Below, piece after piece: positions 12,597 to 25,699 of a stretch of 64,000 bases of DNA. Within the stretch, counting starts at the first letter, position 1; each line of letters opens with the position of its first letter. The notes below the pieces were generated by a model that had not been told where the DNA came from, did not search any database, and worked only from the letters and a program-made list of their open reading frames with translations. This DNA is from Tubiluchus corallicola. Lineage: Eukaryota > Animalia > Priapulida. The position numbers and the translations under genes are program-made. The DNA lies in assembly GCA_030141605.1 (NCBI GenBank), contig JAQGDQ010002373.1, positions 1-64,000 of the forward strand, written 5' to 3'.

Positions 12597-13688
12597 GTAA
12601 GCATTGTTGTGAAAGTCATGTGTGAAGTTGTTGTTCACTCACTTTGTTATGATTGAGTTTGGGCACAGAAGTATGAATAGGAATAAAATCTATAATAAAT
12701 ATTTGCACTGCACACAACAGAAAAGTGTTTATTAAACTACAGAAACATGAGTAGCACAACTGCTGCACTGAACCCTGAGAGTGAGAGTGACTAGAAAGCA
12801 AAAACAGTCAGTAAAACCTGTTTCACAGCCATTATACAGGTACAGAACTTGACCTATGCAGAGTTGCACAGGCTTCACAACAACCATTACTTTAAAATAG
12901 GGAGAGAACCAGTGAATATGCATTCACTGGACCATACAATTATACTGAGGGTAAGTCAGCTGGTAGAATGTAACAGGATTAGCCCATAGATGGCAGCACC
13001 TAATTACAATGTACAATTCCAACTTCCACAATTGTGTTTAATACTGCGCTAGAGACCTAAGAAGCTAGCTTATGCTAGGCCACTAGAATTAGTTACGAAA
13101 AGAATTACAATATATACAGATACAATACAAATATAAATACGGGTGGGAAGTAATAAAAATATTATTATACTAGATGGGAAGTTTTTGAAAATGAAAAACA
13201 ACAAATCATGATTGAGTGATCAGTTATATGTTTCAATTAAGTTTAATTTATAATTTTTTTAAATATGAACAGCGAGTTGGCATTTTTAAAACTGCCAACT
13301 GGTTGACCTGGATTCATTATACAGGGTATGCTTGTGGCAAAATTAAATGATTACCTGTCAGTTAATGTGGACAGAGTCTGACGCATAATAATCTATAATG
13401 AGATGTTGAAATGTGAGGTGTTTGTTTTAGCAATGTTTAGATGTGAACACATCTTGTCTCACTCAGGTAAACAGTGTGAACCAGCATGATAAATTAAACT
13501 TCCTAGAGAGAGTAGTGAACCTGGCTTTCAGCGACTGTTAATTTATTTCACCTATCTAGTCACTGACTAGCTTTGACACTGCTCAACTTCGGTCGCAAGC
13601 CACACGCTGCAGCCACGTGTTGCTCACAGATTGCACAAGTCTTACCTCTCCTTTATGAAATTACTAAAAAAAACCTGTAGTACTGAAT

Positions 13689-13924
13689 CCAGACGGTTTC
13701 GTCTAGTGGTAATGCGTCTGCTTTCCGTCTGGGAGGTCGTGAGTTCGAACCAGCGGCCGGGTCACACCAAAAACTTTAAAAATGGTACCTGCTGTTGCCC
13801 TGCCGAACGTGTGGTATTTAGGGTAAAAGTGGGGTAATAATAGTCTCTGTTATGTAGTTGTAAATTGTTATTTACAGTTGGCGATAATAGCTCTTTGAGC
13901 TAATGTTAATTGTTGACCCAAAAG

Positions 13925-13991
<67 letters not shown>

Positions 13992-14008
13992 GTATTATTA
14001 TTATTATA
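13689..14008 (+). mobile_element. tRNA-derived Meta-like SINE, second copy
   Basis: Highly similar to the 6205 copy; B box GTTCGAACC; TTA/TCATTA tail. Confidence 0.85.
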
Positions 14009-14439
14009 TATATAGCTAAATGTTTGTCTTATCAGTATATTGAGAATTATATTATTTAGTATTATTGTCCAAGTCAGTAGATTTGTTCTTAATCAATAAG
14101 CCTAGAAATAATGAAGTTGAACTCAAATCAAAATGTATTTAACTCCTGTTGTTGATTAATTGCATTATTAACCCAAAGTGTTTTTATCATTTCATAACAA
14201 TTTTGACCTGTGTTTCACGTAAAACCTAAATGCAATTTTTAGTTTAATCAAGATTGACCTTATTTTGTTGCCCACTAGTTAAACTACATGTATATTCTTT
14301 TCTCTGGATTATATAGCAAATGTCATAATTTTAAAAATAACTAATGTTTCCTAAATTAAACTGATAACATTAATGCCCACCAGTGTCTAAAAAATCTTTT
14401 TATCTATATTCGGTAAAGGATAGCAGACTAGGTGACTTT

Positions 14440-14868
14440 ATAGTCTTTTCGCTATCCTTTCTCTAGTTCTAGATCTATCTATACATTTTAACCATTCTTC
14501 AAAACTTATTAGAGATTCTTTTATTAATCATGTTTTATTGTAGCATTATAAAGAGATAAATAAAGTGAAATTGAATTGAATAGTCTTTTCGCTATCCTTT
14601 CTCTAGTTCTAGATCTATCTATACATTTTAACCATTTTTCAAAACTTATTAGAGATTCTTTTATTAATCATGTTTTATTGTAGCATTATAAAGAGATAAA
14701 TAAATTGAAATTGAATTGAATTGAATAGTCTTTTCGCTATCCTTTCTCTAGTTCTAGATCTATCTATACATTTTAACCATTTTTCAAAACTTATTAGAGA
14801 TTCTTTTATTAATCATGTTTTATTGTAACGTTATAAAGAGATAAATAAATTAAAATTGAATTGAATTG
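14440..14868 (+). repeat. Tandem triplication (140-145 bp) of a LINE-like 3' tail
   Basis: Units start at 14440, 14580 and 14725; each ends AATAAA..(TTGAA)n. Confidence 0.9.
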
Positions 14869-15026
14869 ACTTGGTGATTCCAGTCATCTCTGAATAGGGA
14901 ATAATGTGAAATTAGATTTTCTATAAAAACGTTTACAAATCTTCTTTATGTCATTGTCTTTAGCAATTGTTTTGCTGCTAATTGTTGTTTTGTTTGATAT
15001 GCAAGTTCCATTTGTTACTTTAATAG

Positions 15027-15168
15027 AGGGATGAGGAATTGTGGAAGTCCAAGCTCGTAGTGGACAACCCAAGAATGATGTTTTTACCGGACCAGGACAG
15101 CGATCAACTGAAATTGTTACAGGGATTACTCAAAGATCCACCAAAGAAGTACTCATTGAGAAAATTAT
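15027..15168 (+). CDS. CFAP92: CFAP92-like internal exon (RDEELWKSKLVVDNPR...GLLKDPPKKYSLRKL)
   Basis: taatAG / GTAAGT, 142 nt, phase 0-1; W.SK.VVD and GLLKDPP motifs. Not in the ORF track; translated by hand. Confidence 0.8.
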
Positions 15169-15194
15169 GTAAGTAAATGTTATTCTGTTTATAT

Positions 15195-15937
15195 CAAATC
15201 AATTTATTTCACTTCAGCAATATATATACAATACATCAACATACAATATTATTGAAACAAAAAGAAATAGTATAGGTAAAAAACGTTGATGAAGTCAAAT
15301 TAACCAAATGAAAGAGTTGCTGTATGACACCTTGAAAGCTTGGCTTGTTAGGGTGGCAGAAATGAGTGAATGAAAGAATGGTTAGGGTTAGTAGACATGA
15401 TGGAATGGGAAAAAATAGTAAGATTAGGGACAGGAAGAAGGAAGGGAGGAGAGGATGAGTGAATGAAAGAATGGTTAGGGTTAGTAGACATGATGGAATG
15501 GAAAACATAGTAAGATTAGGGACAGGAAGAGAGGAGAGGATGAGTGAATGAAAGAATGGTTAGGGTTAGTAGACATGATGGAATGGAAAACATAGTAAGA
15601 TTAGGGATAGGAAGAAGGACGGGAGGAGGGGATGAGTGAATGAAAGAATGGTTAGGGTTAGTAGACATGATGGAATGGAAAAAATAGTAAGATTAGAGAT
15701 AGGAAGAAGGAAGGGAGGAGAGGATGAGTGAATGAAAGAATGGTTAGGGTTAGTAGACATGATGGAATGGAAAACATAGTAAGATTAGGGACAGGAAGAG
15801 AGGAGAGGATGAGTGAATGAAAGAATGGTTAGGGTTAGTAGACATGATGGAATGAAAAAATAGTAAGATTAGGGATAGGAAGAAGGAAGAGAGGAGAGAA
15901 TGAGTGAATGAAAGAATGGTTAGGGTTAGTAGACATA
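15195..15937 (-). repeat. Second copy of the 92-bp array + tail element
   Basis: Reverse complement of 1009-1742; some units are shortened. Confidence 0.9.
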
Positions 15938-16174
15938 ATGTTGTAGTGGAGCTTTGGAACTAATTTATTTTCTATTAAGCAGAGAATAGCTCTTACGTAA
16001 AGTTTTACTGATGAAGATTATTATTTGAATTACATGCTTATAAAATCTTGTTTACAAAATATTGTGACCTGTTTTTTTTAAATAATTTGTGTTCTATTTA
16101 TTATTTGTACTTGATTAAGTTGTGGTTATACGTGAACTTTACATGGTTTAACTCACATTGTAAATCAAGTTTAA

Positions 16175-16715
16175 ATCACGTTGAAAACACCGGTTCTCGT
16201 CTGATCACCGAAGTTAAGCAACTTAGAGCCCGGTTAGTACTTGGATGGGTGACAACCTAGGAATACCAGGTGCTGTAGACTTGCGGGATGCCCACACTGT
16301 ATCTCGACACTCGGCGGAGGAGCTGCACAAGCAGCCGATGGCTAGAGAGCGGACGAGATCAAGTGACCCAACGGCCATGTGTAGAGAAGTAAACCTTCGA
16401 AATCAGGAGTGGAGCCCCGAAGACGGACCAGTGCAGCATGCTCACTGACTCCGGCAGCTCCTGCAGCCAACCTGGTGCCAAACGTATCGCTCCGCTTTCC
16501 TTTGGACTACACCAGGGAGGAAGAGAGGGGGTTCCTGTTGTCTGGGCAACTCAGGATCTCCATACACCTTGCCCAGGCGTGCGCCCTGGAGACTCCAGTG
16601 GTTCAAGGATCGCACTGCTCAGCCACAGTCGACGCTGCAGCTCCATCAATGTGATCAATAACTGACTCTCTTGGCGCACACTCCATTGTCTTCCGAGACA
16701 GAAGGTTGCCAACAA
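16175..16715 (+). mobile_element. 5S-derived SINE, nearly full length
   Basis: 5S head lacking about 13 nt at the 5' end, same body; ACATGGTTTAAC repeated at 16141 and 16718. Confidence 0.9.
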
Positions 16716-16798
16716 TGACATGGTTTAACATGTAAAAATTAAAAATGAAACTTCTAGCCTTCACTCTTTTTAATGCAGCTCTTTTTCGTTTGTGTTAG

Positions 16799-16946
16799 CA
16801 ATGCAATGGAAAGATGTGCCTCCACTATCTGTACTAACAGAACCGTGTGATAGGAACTACGAGCCCAAGCGTTTCACGGCTAGGCATAAGCCAAGTGGAA
16901 AATCTTTGCCTGTTAATATGCCAACTACGCTTAAAGATAAGCTGAG
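16799..16946 (+). CDS. CFAP92: CFAP92-like penultimate exon (SMQWKDVPPLSVL...LKDKLR)
   Basis: tgttAG / GTTAGC, phase 1-2, in frame with both neighbours. Confidence 0.7.
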
Positions 16947-17723
16947 GTTAGCTGAAACATTGTCTATTTTCCTAGTTATGAAAGTCACAAGTCACGTGTT
17001 GAGCTGTGTCAATTTTTTATTCAATTTATGAAATCTGGCTTTTATGTGCTAAAAGACTTACTTAGCTTCACAAATTATTTTTTTTAAGTTGAAAGAATTA
17101 TTAATCTTTTTTGTAATGAAGAATTAATGTAATGTAATTATTAATTAAAATTTTGAGAGTTTTACACGAAACTGTATTTTTTTGCTACTGCAATTTTTAA
17201 ATTCGTGGATTTAGTTTGAAACGTCTCTGTGCAGAGCTAGCAATGTCTTGAAATTCTTACAGTGGTAGTTTTTTTCGACGTTAGATGGCGCTACAATGCT
17301 ATTTTCGTCATAGTAACAAAAACTAATAACAATTCGTTACAGAAATTATTATGTGACTCTGCTCTCATATCAAGTTTAATTAATATGAAATCCGTAATTT
17401 AAAATGTTAATAAAGTTATTAATTCTCTTTTGCAGAAATGTGACTTTTAAATTAATTTAATTACTATGAACAGGCTAATTTTATAAATTTTTTAGCAGAG
17501 AAATATAGCCTAGTAAGTGCATTTTCACATAAAGAGCTAAAAAATTGTTTACACTACATTGTAAAAAATCATATTGTTCACTTAAATTTTATTGTACATA
17601 TTTTTTTTATTTTCAAACTTCGAGATATCATCATAATAGTGCAGAACATTTCTTGTGTCTGTCAAAACAGGCAGTAAATGAAGTTCAAGTACCTCATTAC
17701 AGAGTATTTTTTACTTCTTTTAG

Positions 17724-17769
17724 GCAGAAACAAGAGGAGAGATGCTTCTTAGCCACAAAGCTGCTCTAA
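17724..17769 (+). CDS. CFAP92: CFAP92-like terminal coding exon (RQKQEERCFLATKLL*)
   Basis: Polypyrimidine tract + TAG acceptor, phase 2, TAA stop at 17767-17769; AATAAA at 17862-17867. Confidence 0.65.
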
Positions 17770-18025
17770 CTGCTTCTCGCAAGAGAAAAAACCACTTCTT
17801 TTCATATAAGTACAATGCACTTTATATTTATGTTATAAACTATAAATAAGCAAATACTCATAATAAAATGTTTATTGAAGTACCATAACTGTTGTACCGA
17901 TTTATAAATTTTAGAGGGATTCAAACAAACATATTTCTATGAAAAAGACTGTCGTGCGTATAGTAACATTATTCATAATTTTATTTGTTTTGCTATAAAG
18001 CTGTGCAATTAGATTTTAGTACAAG

Positions 18026-18077
18026 CAGCGCCTATTTCAGGGGGTGGGAAGTGCGGATACTTCCCCGGGCCCTCACG

Positions 18078-18159
<82 letters not shown>

Positions 18160-18406
18160 GCCACACTCGCGCCATTTGCCAATATTGACAAGTATTAAGG
18201 ACTGGTCTTGAGAATAAAGCAGTTTTTCTTTCAATTGTTCTTTCCTTTAACAACTGCATAACTCCATATTTTCTCTTCGAAAATGCTTCTCTGGCGTTCT
18301 AGCAGTTCAAAAATTTTCTGTGTGCCAACCATGGTGGCCCCCCCCCCTCCGAGGGGCCTCAGACGTCCCACTTCCCTGGGCCTCGCTTAAGCTGAAGTAG
18401 GCCCTG
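18026..18406 (+). mobile_element. hAT-type MITE with internal (CT)n
   Basis: TIR CAGGGCCTATTTCAG-like; 8-bp TSD AGTACAAG. Confidence 0.9.
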
Positions 18407-19899
18407 AGTACAAGGCGCTTTTTCGTTCTCAGTTGATTAAACTGCATGGATTAATGAATGATCCAGTTTTCAAATACTCATTTGAAATGAAATGAAACAA
18501 AAGAAATGTGTGTGGGCTTTATGAGATCACAAACTGTTGTAATTTGAAGGCTACTGTGTGATTGTTCTGGTTTTCCTTGGGTTAATTCTGTAAATACTCA
18601 AATTTTGTTTTTAAAAGTCTTGCATTTGAATGCTCACTATTTACACAATACAAGACTCAAACAAATGAAATTACATTGTGAAAAATTAGTGAAGAATACT
18701 TTTTTATAAATTATCCTTGCCAGTAAAATCATTGGTGCGTGTCTTGCTAGTTTATGGTTTAGATGTAGAGTGCAACTAACTTCCTTATCTTTTCAATTTT
18801 CAGTTTCTTCTATTTGTTTCTTTCTTAGTCATAGATGAGCATTCATGTAATGCTTATCTCACATTATAAAGCAGTGCACACATTACGTTGAAGGCCACAC
18901 AGCTGTCTATCTCTCTACAGTGTATGTTCACTTGTTTGAGTAAATACGTATTGATTTCAATATAGCAGAGTTTAAAACAAACCAAGGACCCCTTTAGTTA
19001 AGTCAAGTTAAGTTTATTTATTTCCACTCTGCATCTAACAGTTATAATAAAAATACAGATAATTTCACTGAAGTAAATATAAATATAAATGCAATATTAT
19101 CCAGAAATTACAAAAGCGATTCTTATGCAGCATATACATGTGCAAATTACATTACAGAGTAATTTTGATGCATACAGTTTGAGCGTAAAAGCATAGCTTG
19201 ACAGGCCAAATCAGGATGACAGGCCTTTGATCAGGACGTTAAGAAATATCGAGTTAATAAATAAAAAACCAAGCTGATTTTGTTAGAACATAAGAGACAA
19301 TATTTTTGAAAAGTTTAGCATAAAGAAAATTTGTTTGGTGTTCTGTACGTCTGCTGTCAGTACTACAGGCTGTGTAAACCTTCTTAAGGGGTGGATCTAG
19401 TGTGTTGAAGTTCTTTGCTTTAGAAACCTTTAACTAATGAAACCTGGGCAACTGTTAAACATCTGCAAATTACTGATTTTCTAAACAGTCATTTCAGGTA
19501 GTTCATCCCATGTTAAATGTGGAATTACTATGAAACAACAGATGTAAGTGGTAAAAATGACTGTGGAGCATGGACGCGCCTTACAAATGGTCGCTGTCTT
19601 TGCAACGCTTCAGGAACTGGGTTAAAGAAAAGCTCTTTGTAATGAAATGTTCACTGCCCCTAGCAACAGAAACGAACAAAGACTTTTGAATTCTGTGCTC
19701 TTTATTACACAGACATTTTAATTAGAAAAATCATTTAGCAGTTTGGTTTAGCTTGGCAGTGCGGGTCGTCTGATTTCAAAATAATTTTGATGATATAGCT
19801 TTGAACGATGATTGATATGTGATTATACACAGCCACATATCCACATATGTCTTCTGCAAGTCTTATTATATTTAAGCTACAAAAAAAGAACTCTTAAGT

Positions 19900-20263
19900 A
19901 TGCGTGCGTGCGTGCGTGCGTGTGCGTGCGTGCGTGCGTGTGTCTGTGTGCGTGTGCGCGCATGTGTGTGTGTGTGTGTGTGCGTGCATGCATGCGTGTG
20001 TGTGTGTATGTATGTGTGTGTCTGTGTGCGTGTGCACGTGTGTGTGTGTGTGCGTGCATGTGTGTCTTGGTGCGTGTGTGTGCTTGTGTGTGTGTATGTA
20101 TGTGTGTGTCTGTGTGTGTGTGCACGTGTGTGTGCGTGTGTATGTGTGTGTGCATGTGTTTGCGTGTGTGTGTGCATGTGTGTGCGTGTGTGTGTGTGTG
20201 TGTGCATGTGTGTGTGTGTGTGTCTGTGTGCGCGTGTGTGTGTGCGTGCATGCATGTGTGTGT
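19900..20263. repeat. (TG)n/(TGCG)n compound microsatellite
   Basis: Seen directly. Confidence 0.95.
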
Positions 20264-22270
20264 GATGTTGAAAGGTTTGACTAATTCGTTATTAGTTTGT
20301 AAACTTCGCCAAGAACTGGTGAACCATAGCAACAAAATTTGTCGAACAGATAATAACTTCAGTAATGATGGTAAGCCGTACAGTGACCATCTACACTTCT
20401 GTCTAAATTTCTATACGTCAATGATGACGGGCTATACAGCTGTGAAATTAGGTACATTCACTCGAGCAAGCACTATACATACGGAAGTAGTGTTGCTTCA
20501 CTTGTGAGAAAACTTTGAGTTGACTCCGATAATGTGTGTTCCACTAAATTGCTACACGTGTCATCCTCATATCATGTTCATCATTTGCAATTCCTGGCAT
20601 GCATCCAGCTTGAGTAAGCATAATTATTTTTCTTGATAATCCAAAGTGCTTTCTATTTATTTAAGAATTTTGGTGCAACTATCTAGCTGTCAGCAAACGT
20701 GAGTACTGAGACGAAAATGTTTGTTTTGAGTTTCTTTACAAGACACAACTAGTATTGTAGTCCTACATTGTATTTGTAGCTAGAGTTGTAGTAACGCAAT
20801 AAGCAACGTTCTTTATAAAAAAAACTACCGAACGATGTGGGCAGTCTTAGAACAGCAAGAGGTTTATCTCAAAAACTGTAACGTTTTTTTTTGCACAGTT
20901 TCACAAACCAGAAAACTGTATTCGACATTAAGCAGCAGGATCTTTTCGGGTCTACTCATGTCGTGACTGCAGTAACGCTAAAGCCCAGACTCTATCATCA
21001 AGAAAAATCTTTTGAAACAGAAGTGGCGTCTCCATATTTGGACTCGTGGCAATGTCGTAAATTAAGCTGTCCAGAAGCAATTTTGCTTCTGGATAGGTGC
21101 CATAATCAAGCTTCAGTGATCAGGCTGAATGCTACTAAACTATGTCAAGCACACTCCTAATCGGGTTTAGCATTGTGACCACTCGGTTATTTACTCTCAA
21201 ATTGTAAGCTAGGCAGTCAAGTTTTGATGGTGAAGTTCGTGACCCTGAGTAGATCATTCAAGGTCAAAAGCTAGTTACAATATAACATGCATAATAGATT
21301 GGGCTAGCTTTGGATAGCTTGTAGTACCAGATAGGGGGACTTCATGTCTGTGAGTGGGCGTTTCAAGGTCAAAGACCAGATAAAATTGAGAAACGATAAG
21401 GAGTTGGACAACCGAGCCGGTACCTGACGAGGAACAGATCTTATGATCTTTGCCCCAGATGAGAACTATTTTTATAAGCGATTCGGCAATAGTGAGTGGC
21501 CGATTCAAGGCCAAATGTCAAAAATGAAAGTCCGGACTGACCAAAGTCAACACCAAAGTCTAGGTTCTTTACGAAAAGTTTCAAAACCCATCAGATCACT
21601 TCAAGAACTGGTAATTGATCACCTAAAGCTTTTTGCTATGATCACCCTCGTTCATTCTAAACCTGGCATTTGAGCAAAACAAACGACCAGCATATCAATC
21701 ATTCTACCTGTTAACAACATAAAATAAGCACTACATGCCTACCTGAGAACCTAGGCTCATTGTTCCAAAGGTACTTACTACTCAGCTTTGGGGGCGTTGC
21801 ATGGTCTGGGTTCTTAAAGGATCCTGCTCAGCGTGCGATAGTTTAAATGCTGAGTTTTGTTCAGTAGCTCTATGCTGTACACAAAGGCATAAAGCTTTAT
21901 TGTGTTTTGTGCTGCTAAAATGGCCCAACTCACCGCACACAATAGACTCGGCGTAATGATGTATGGAGGTGATTAAACTAATTACAGAGTTCTGGTTCTC
22001 CGCGCTAATTAGTTCAGCTTTGGGGTCAACCATCTGTGTTTACGAGGGTGTGTGGTTCACAACTCAGTCAGTACTTCGTATTTAGTTTTTGGCTCTAGAC
22101 TTCCCGTTGTTCAAAATTTGGAATTAAATGTAAGCAACCTGCGTCTTGTACAGGACGTTCCAAAAGGAATAGTACAGTAAAAATGTGACATATAAACGTG
22201 GACGTCTGCGTTACGACGTTGTATTATGATATATTTATATTGACATTTATATTTTTACGATTATTCCACT

Positions 22271-22690
22271 TTTCGTTCAATAGTGACTTCGTATATATAT
22301 ATATTAATTCTTTATTTGTCATTAAAATGTTTCACTCATTATAATAAAATTGAGTAAGCCTCCACGTAATGTTAAAATAACAACACTGTTCAAGACAAAT
22401 GCGTCCAGTGCAGACTAAAAAAACTAAAGTGCAAAACTAAGGCCTAATTATATACAATAAATGAACATATTTACAAACACCATATTAAAATATTTTTACA
22501 AAACAATATTACAAAAGTACATTAAATTTTACATGACATATTTTACACTATATATACATTTGACATAACACAATTAACAGAAACATGCTTTACATTACAT
22601 AAATTTCACTCATTACATTTACACTATTTATACATTTGACATTACAAAACTAACATAACACGTATTACATTACATAATTTCTTAAAATGA
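22271..22690 (-). mobile_element. LINE family B 3' UTR fragment
   Basis: Near-identical to 36032-36420. Confidence 0.8.
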
Positions 22691-22996
22691 CCACACATTG
22701 ATATGTTAACATTCCTTGACATTGCTATGCTTAGCCAACTGTTACGGTACTGTGTTTTTAGTACACTTTGCATAATTTAGATTGGATGTTGCTACGTGTT
22801 AACATTGGAAAATCTCCACATAGAAAAGGTTTTGCAACTGCTTTCTTCTCTAATCTGTATTCACTGTTTACCTTGGTTGGCATATTGGTAATTTTCAGTT
22901 TGTTGATGTTTTGTAAATAGGAGGAAGCCATTACTTATAAAATTGGATCGTTAACTGAGTTATCAATTTTTGTGTGTTGAATGTGCATGTGAAGTT

Positions 22997-23013
22997 GAGT
23001 TTATGACATACAT

Positions 23014-23098
<85 letters not shown>

Positions 23099-23110
23099 CT
23101 CTCTCTCCCT
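22997..23110. repeat. (CT)n microsatellite
   Basis: Seen directly. Confidence 0.95.
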
Positions 23111-23605
23111 CTCCCACCTCCCTCCGCCTCTCTTTCGTCCACCTCTCCCTCTGTCACTGTGATAGTGCCCCGTGATTCTATTTTCTATTAAGAGGTAGTA
23201 TATTGCAAATTTCTTTGTTATATTTTTCTAAGTTTAAGTGATGACAGTAAAAGAAACCCAACATGCTGAGTGATTTGTTCTTTTCTTTAAAGCCTGCTTG
23301 TTGCTAAGTTTACGCATGAAATGCTTCTTGGCTTGTTAAAACGTTTGCATGTTTTGGTTAAATTTGTCTACAATTCTCTAAATCATGATAAAGCCTGGTC
23401 CGCTTTCCCGGATATTTGTTAGAAAAATGGGATATGTAGGCCTTGGGTCTTCTTGCTGCCCAGGCGCATATAAGCCGTGGGTTTTCTTGTAGTCCAGGCA
23501 TGATGCGCCCGTGTGGTGAAACTAAAGCGTGGATACGCCCTTAGTTACCTAACAAAGCAGGTCTTGGATTTCCTTTGTGTATTATTCTGACTCTATGATC
23601 TTTAA

Positions 23606-24100
23606 AGGACAAGAAAAGGAGTACCTGAAGTAAGTTTCAGAAAATAGCCTTGAAAATTATATTACTTTATAGCAATTTTATGCGTATATCTTACTCGCAC
23701 TGAAAGGAATTTTAGTTTGTTTTCATTTTAAATCTCCCACAATACTGTTCCGAAGTCGGCATTACATGCGCCAAACGTAAATGAAGGGAAGAAAAGGCAA
23801 TGTTAAATTATGTCGCAAAAGACTTTCCGTGCAAATCTATATTACGTAGATTTTTGCTTACCTGCTAGAAAGACTTATGTAACTAGGAAAGAAAATTATT
23901 AATTATTTAAAATGTTTTCACCAATTGGTAAAATGTCGCTGACTCACCCTCCAGGGTGCTCCACTCAGTAACCAAAAACGTATTTTTAATCTTATTGACA
24001 AGATACAGTAATTTTAAATTTTATTTAGTTAGTGACTTGTGCGCTACGAATATTCTGATTATTTTTTTCAAACTTTAGAAAATGTCAGCTAAATTTGTTT
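23606..24100 (+). mobile_element. Kolobok-type MITE, 3'-truncated
   Basis: TTAA|AGGACAAGAAAA start; collinear with the 25700 copy for about 500 bp. Confidence 0.8.
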
Positions 24101-24899
24101 CACAAGAGTTTTAATAATAATATCATCCTTGTTTAAAGAAACAATAAACTGGTTGGTTAATTATAATGAAGGACAAACTTTGTTCTGTCATCGCAGAGAT
24201 TAACAGTCATGGTGTCTGCCTAATTCTTGGGTTCAAACCCAGGTTGTGTTCCAGGGTTTTTATGTTTCCTGTTTTCAAGTTTAGTTTCAAAATTCAATTA
24301 ATTGTGGATTTGTACCATCATCAGTGAATTCTGGTTTACATAACTGTTATAAAAGGTGTGGACGTGTCTAATTAATGTTGGAGGAATGGAGGTATGTAAT
24401 TGAATCTCAGATTGGTGTCTCTTTGCGTTGCCAATATCTTGTTTTCCAATCGTAGAGCTACTTTCTAATAAAAATAGATCTATTGACCAAGCAAAAAAAG
24501 AATTACTGTTATCTACCGATCTTCTATTTTATAAAACGGATACTCTTTGCATACGTAAATGTTGGATACGCCCCAAGCAAACGTGGATCCGCGCTTCTAG
24601 GTTTGCAGAACGCAATTGATTTGGTTTTAAAGCAAAGTTGGGTCAACAGCCTGTAGTTAAGCCAGGTATACTCAGAATTCTCACCTGAGTGGAGCCCACG
24701 GATTGTTATGTTTTGGAACCTGTTTACTTTATGAAGAGGGTTGAGTGGGCTGCCATCTATGTGCACAATTATGTGATACGAATCATAGTATTTGAACATG
24801 GGTGGTTTTGGTGTGATAAAATTTACTATAGATAATAGTGGCTTGTCACAAAGGCCAGGTATTATTCTGAGGGTTTTGAATGGGCGTGAATCTTTATTA

Positions 24900-25350
24900 C
24901 GTAGATTAGATTAGATTTTAGATTTATTTCGCAATAAACATACACATATACATTACATGTGCATCGATAATCAGTTTTTGTTAATACGAAATTATGATAC
25001 AATTCATGAATTGTGCGCTAGAGACCTAAGAAGCTAGCTTATGGTAGGCCACTAGAATTAGTTACGAGAAAAATTACAATATATACAGATACAATATTAC
25101 AACATATACTAATATAAAAACGGGTGGGAAGTAATAAAAATATTATTATACTAGAGGGGAAGTTTTTGAGAATGAAAAACAACAAATCATGATTGAGTGA
25201 TCAGTTATATGTTTCAACTAAGTTTAATTTATAATTTTTTTAAATATAGACAGCGATGTGGCATTTTTAATAGCCGGAGCAATTGAATTCCATATATAAG
25301 GGCCATTGTATTTGATAAAAAAATTTCTAACATTTGTGTTGCATTGTATG
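24900..25350 (-). mobile_element. LINE-like 3' UTR fragment (shorter copy at about 13043-13290)
   Basis: About 250 bp shared between the two loci; AATAAA + (TCTAA)n tail at 24900-24930. Confidence 0.6.
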
Positions 25351-25699
25351 TAGTGATAGTTAAGTCTACAACGTATAGGATAGACAGCTTGTAAGAAAGC
25401 ACGTAAGCACAGAATACGTCTAGAAAACTCATTCTGCCTTTAGTTCTCCTATAACCTGCCCGTCAAGGGGGCGCAGCGATCGTAAATATTGTTGTTCGTG
25501 TACAGCTTGCAACTTGGTCAACTTGTTGAGTAAACCATGCAAGTTTTACAAATGTGACGCCAAGCTAATGCAAATGATTAATTTTTGAGCTAGAATAATT
25601 ATTCTGTGTGAATTCGTAATGTATTTGCGAGATAATAATAATAAATAAATGGTACAATAAATTAACTACCAAGTAATTTACGTTAAAGATTAGATTTAA

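Noticed and set aside
12975-13000. CTCF-like AGATGGCAGC motifs (also 3327, 17281, 24748)
   Set aside because: Short motif matches, common in repeats; cannot be called insulators from sequence alone.
19812-20507. CV/HT/ER/SL/poly-Y/poly-N ORFs throughout the ORF track
   Set aside because: Microsatellite translations.
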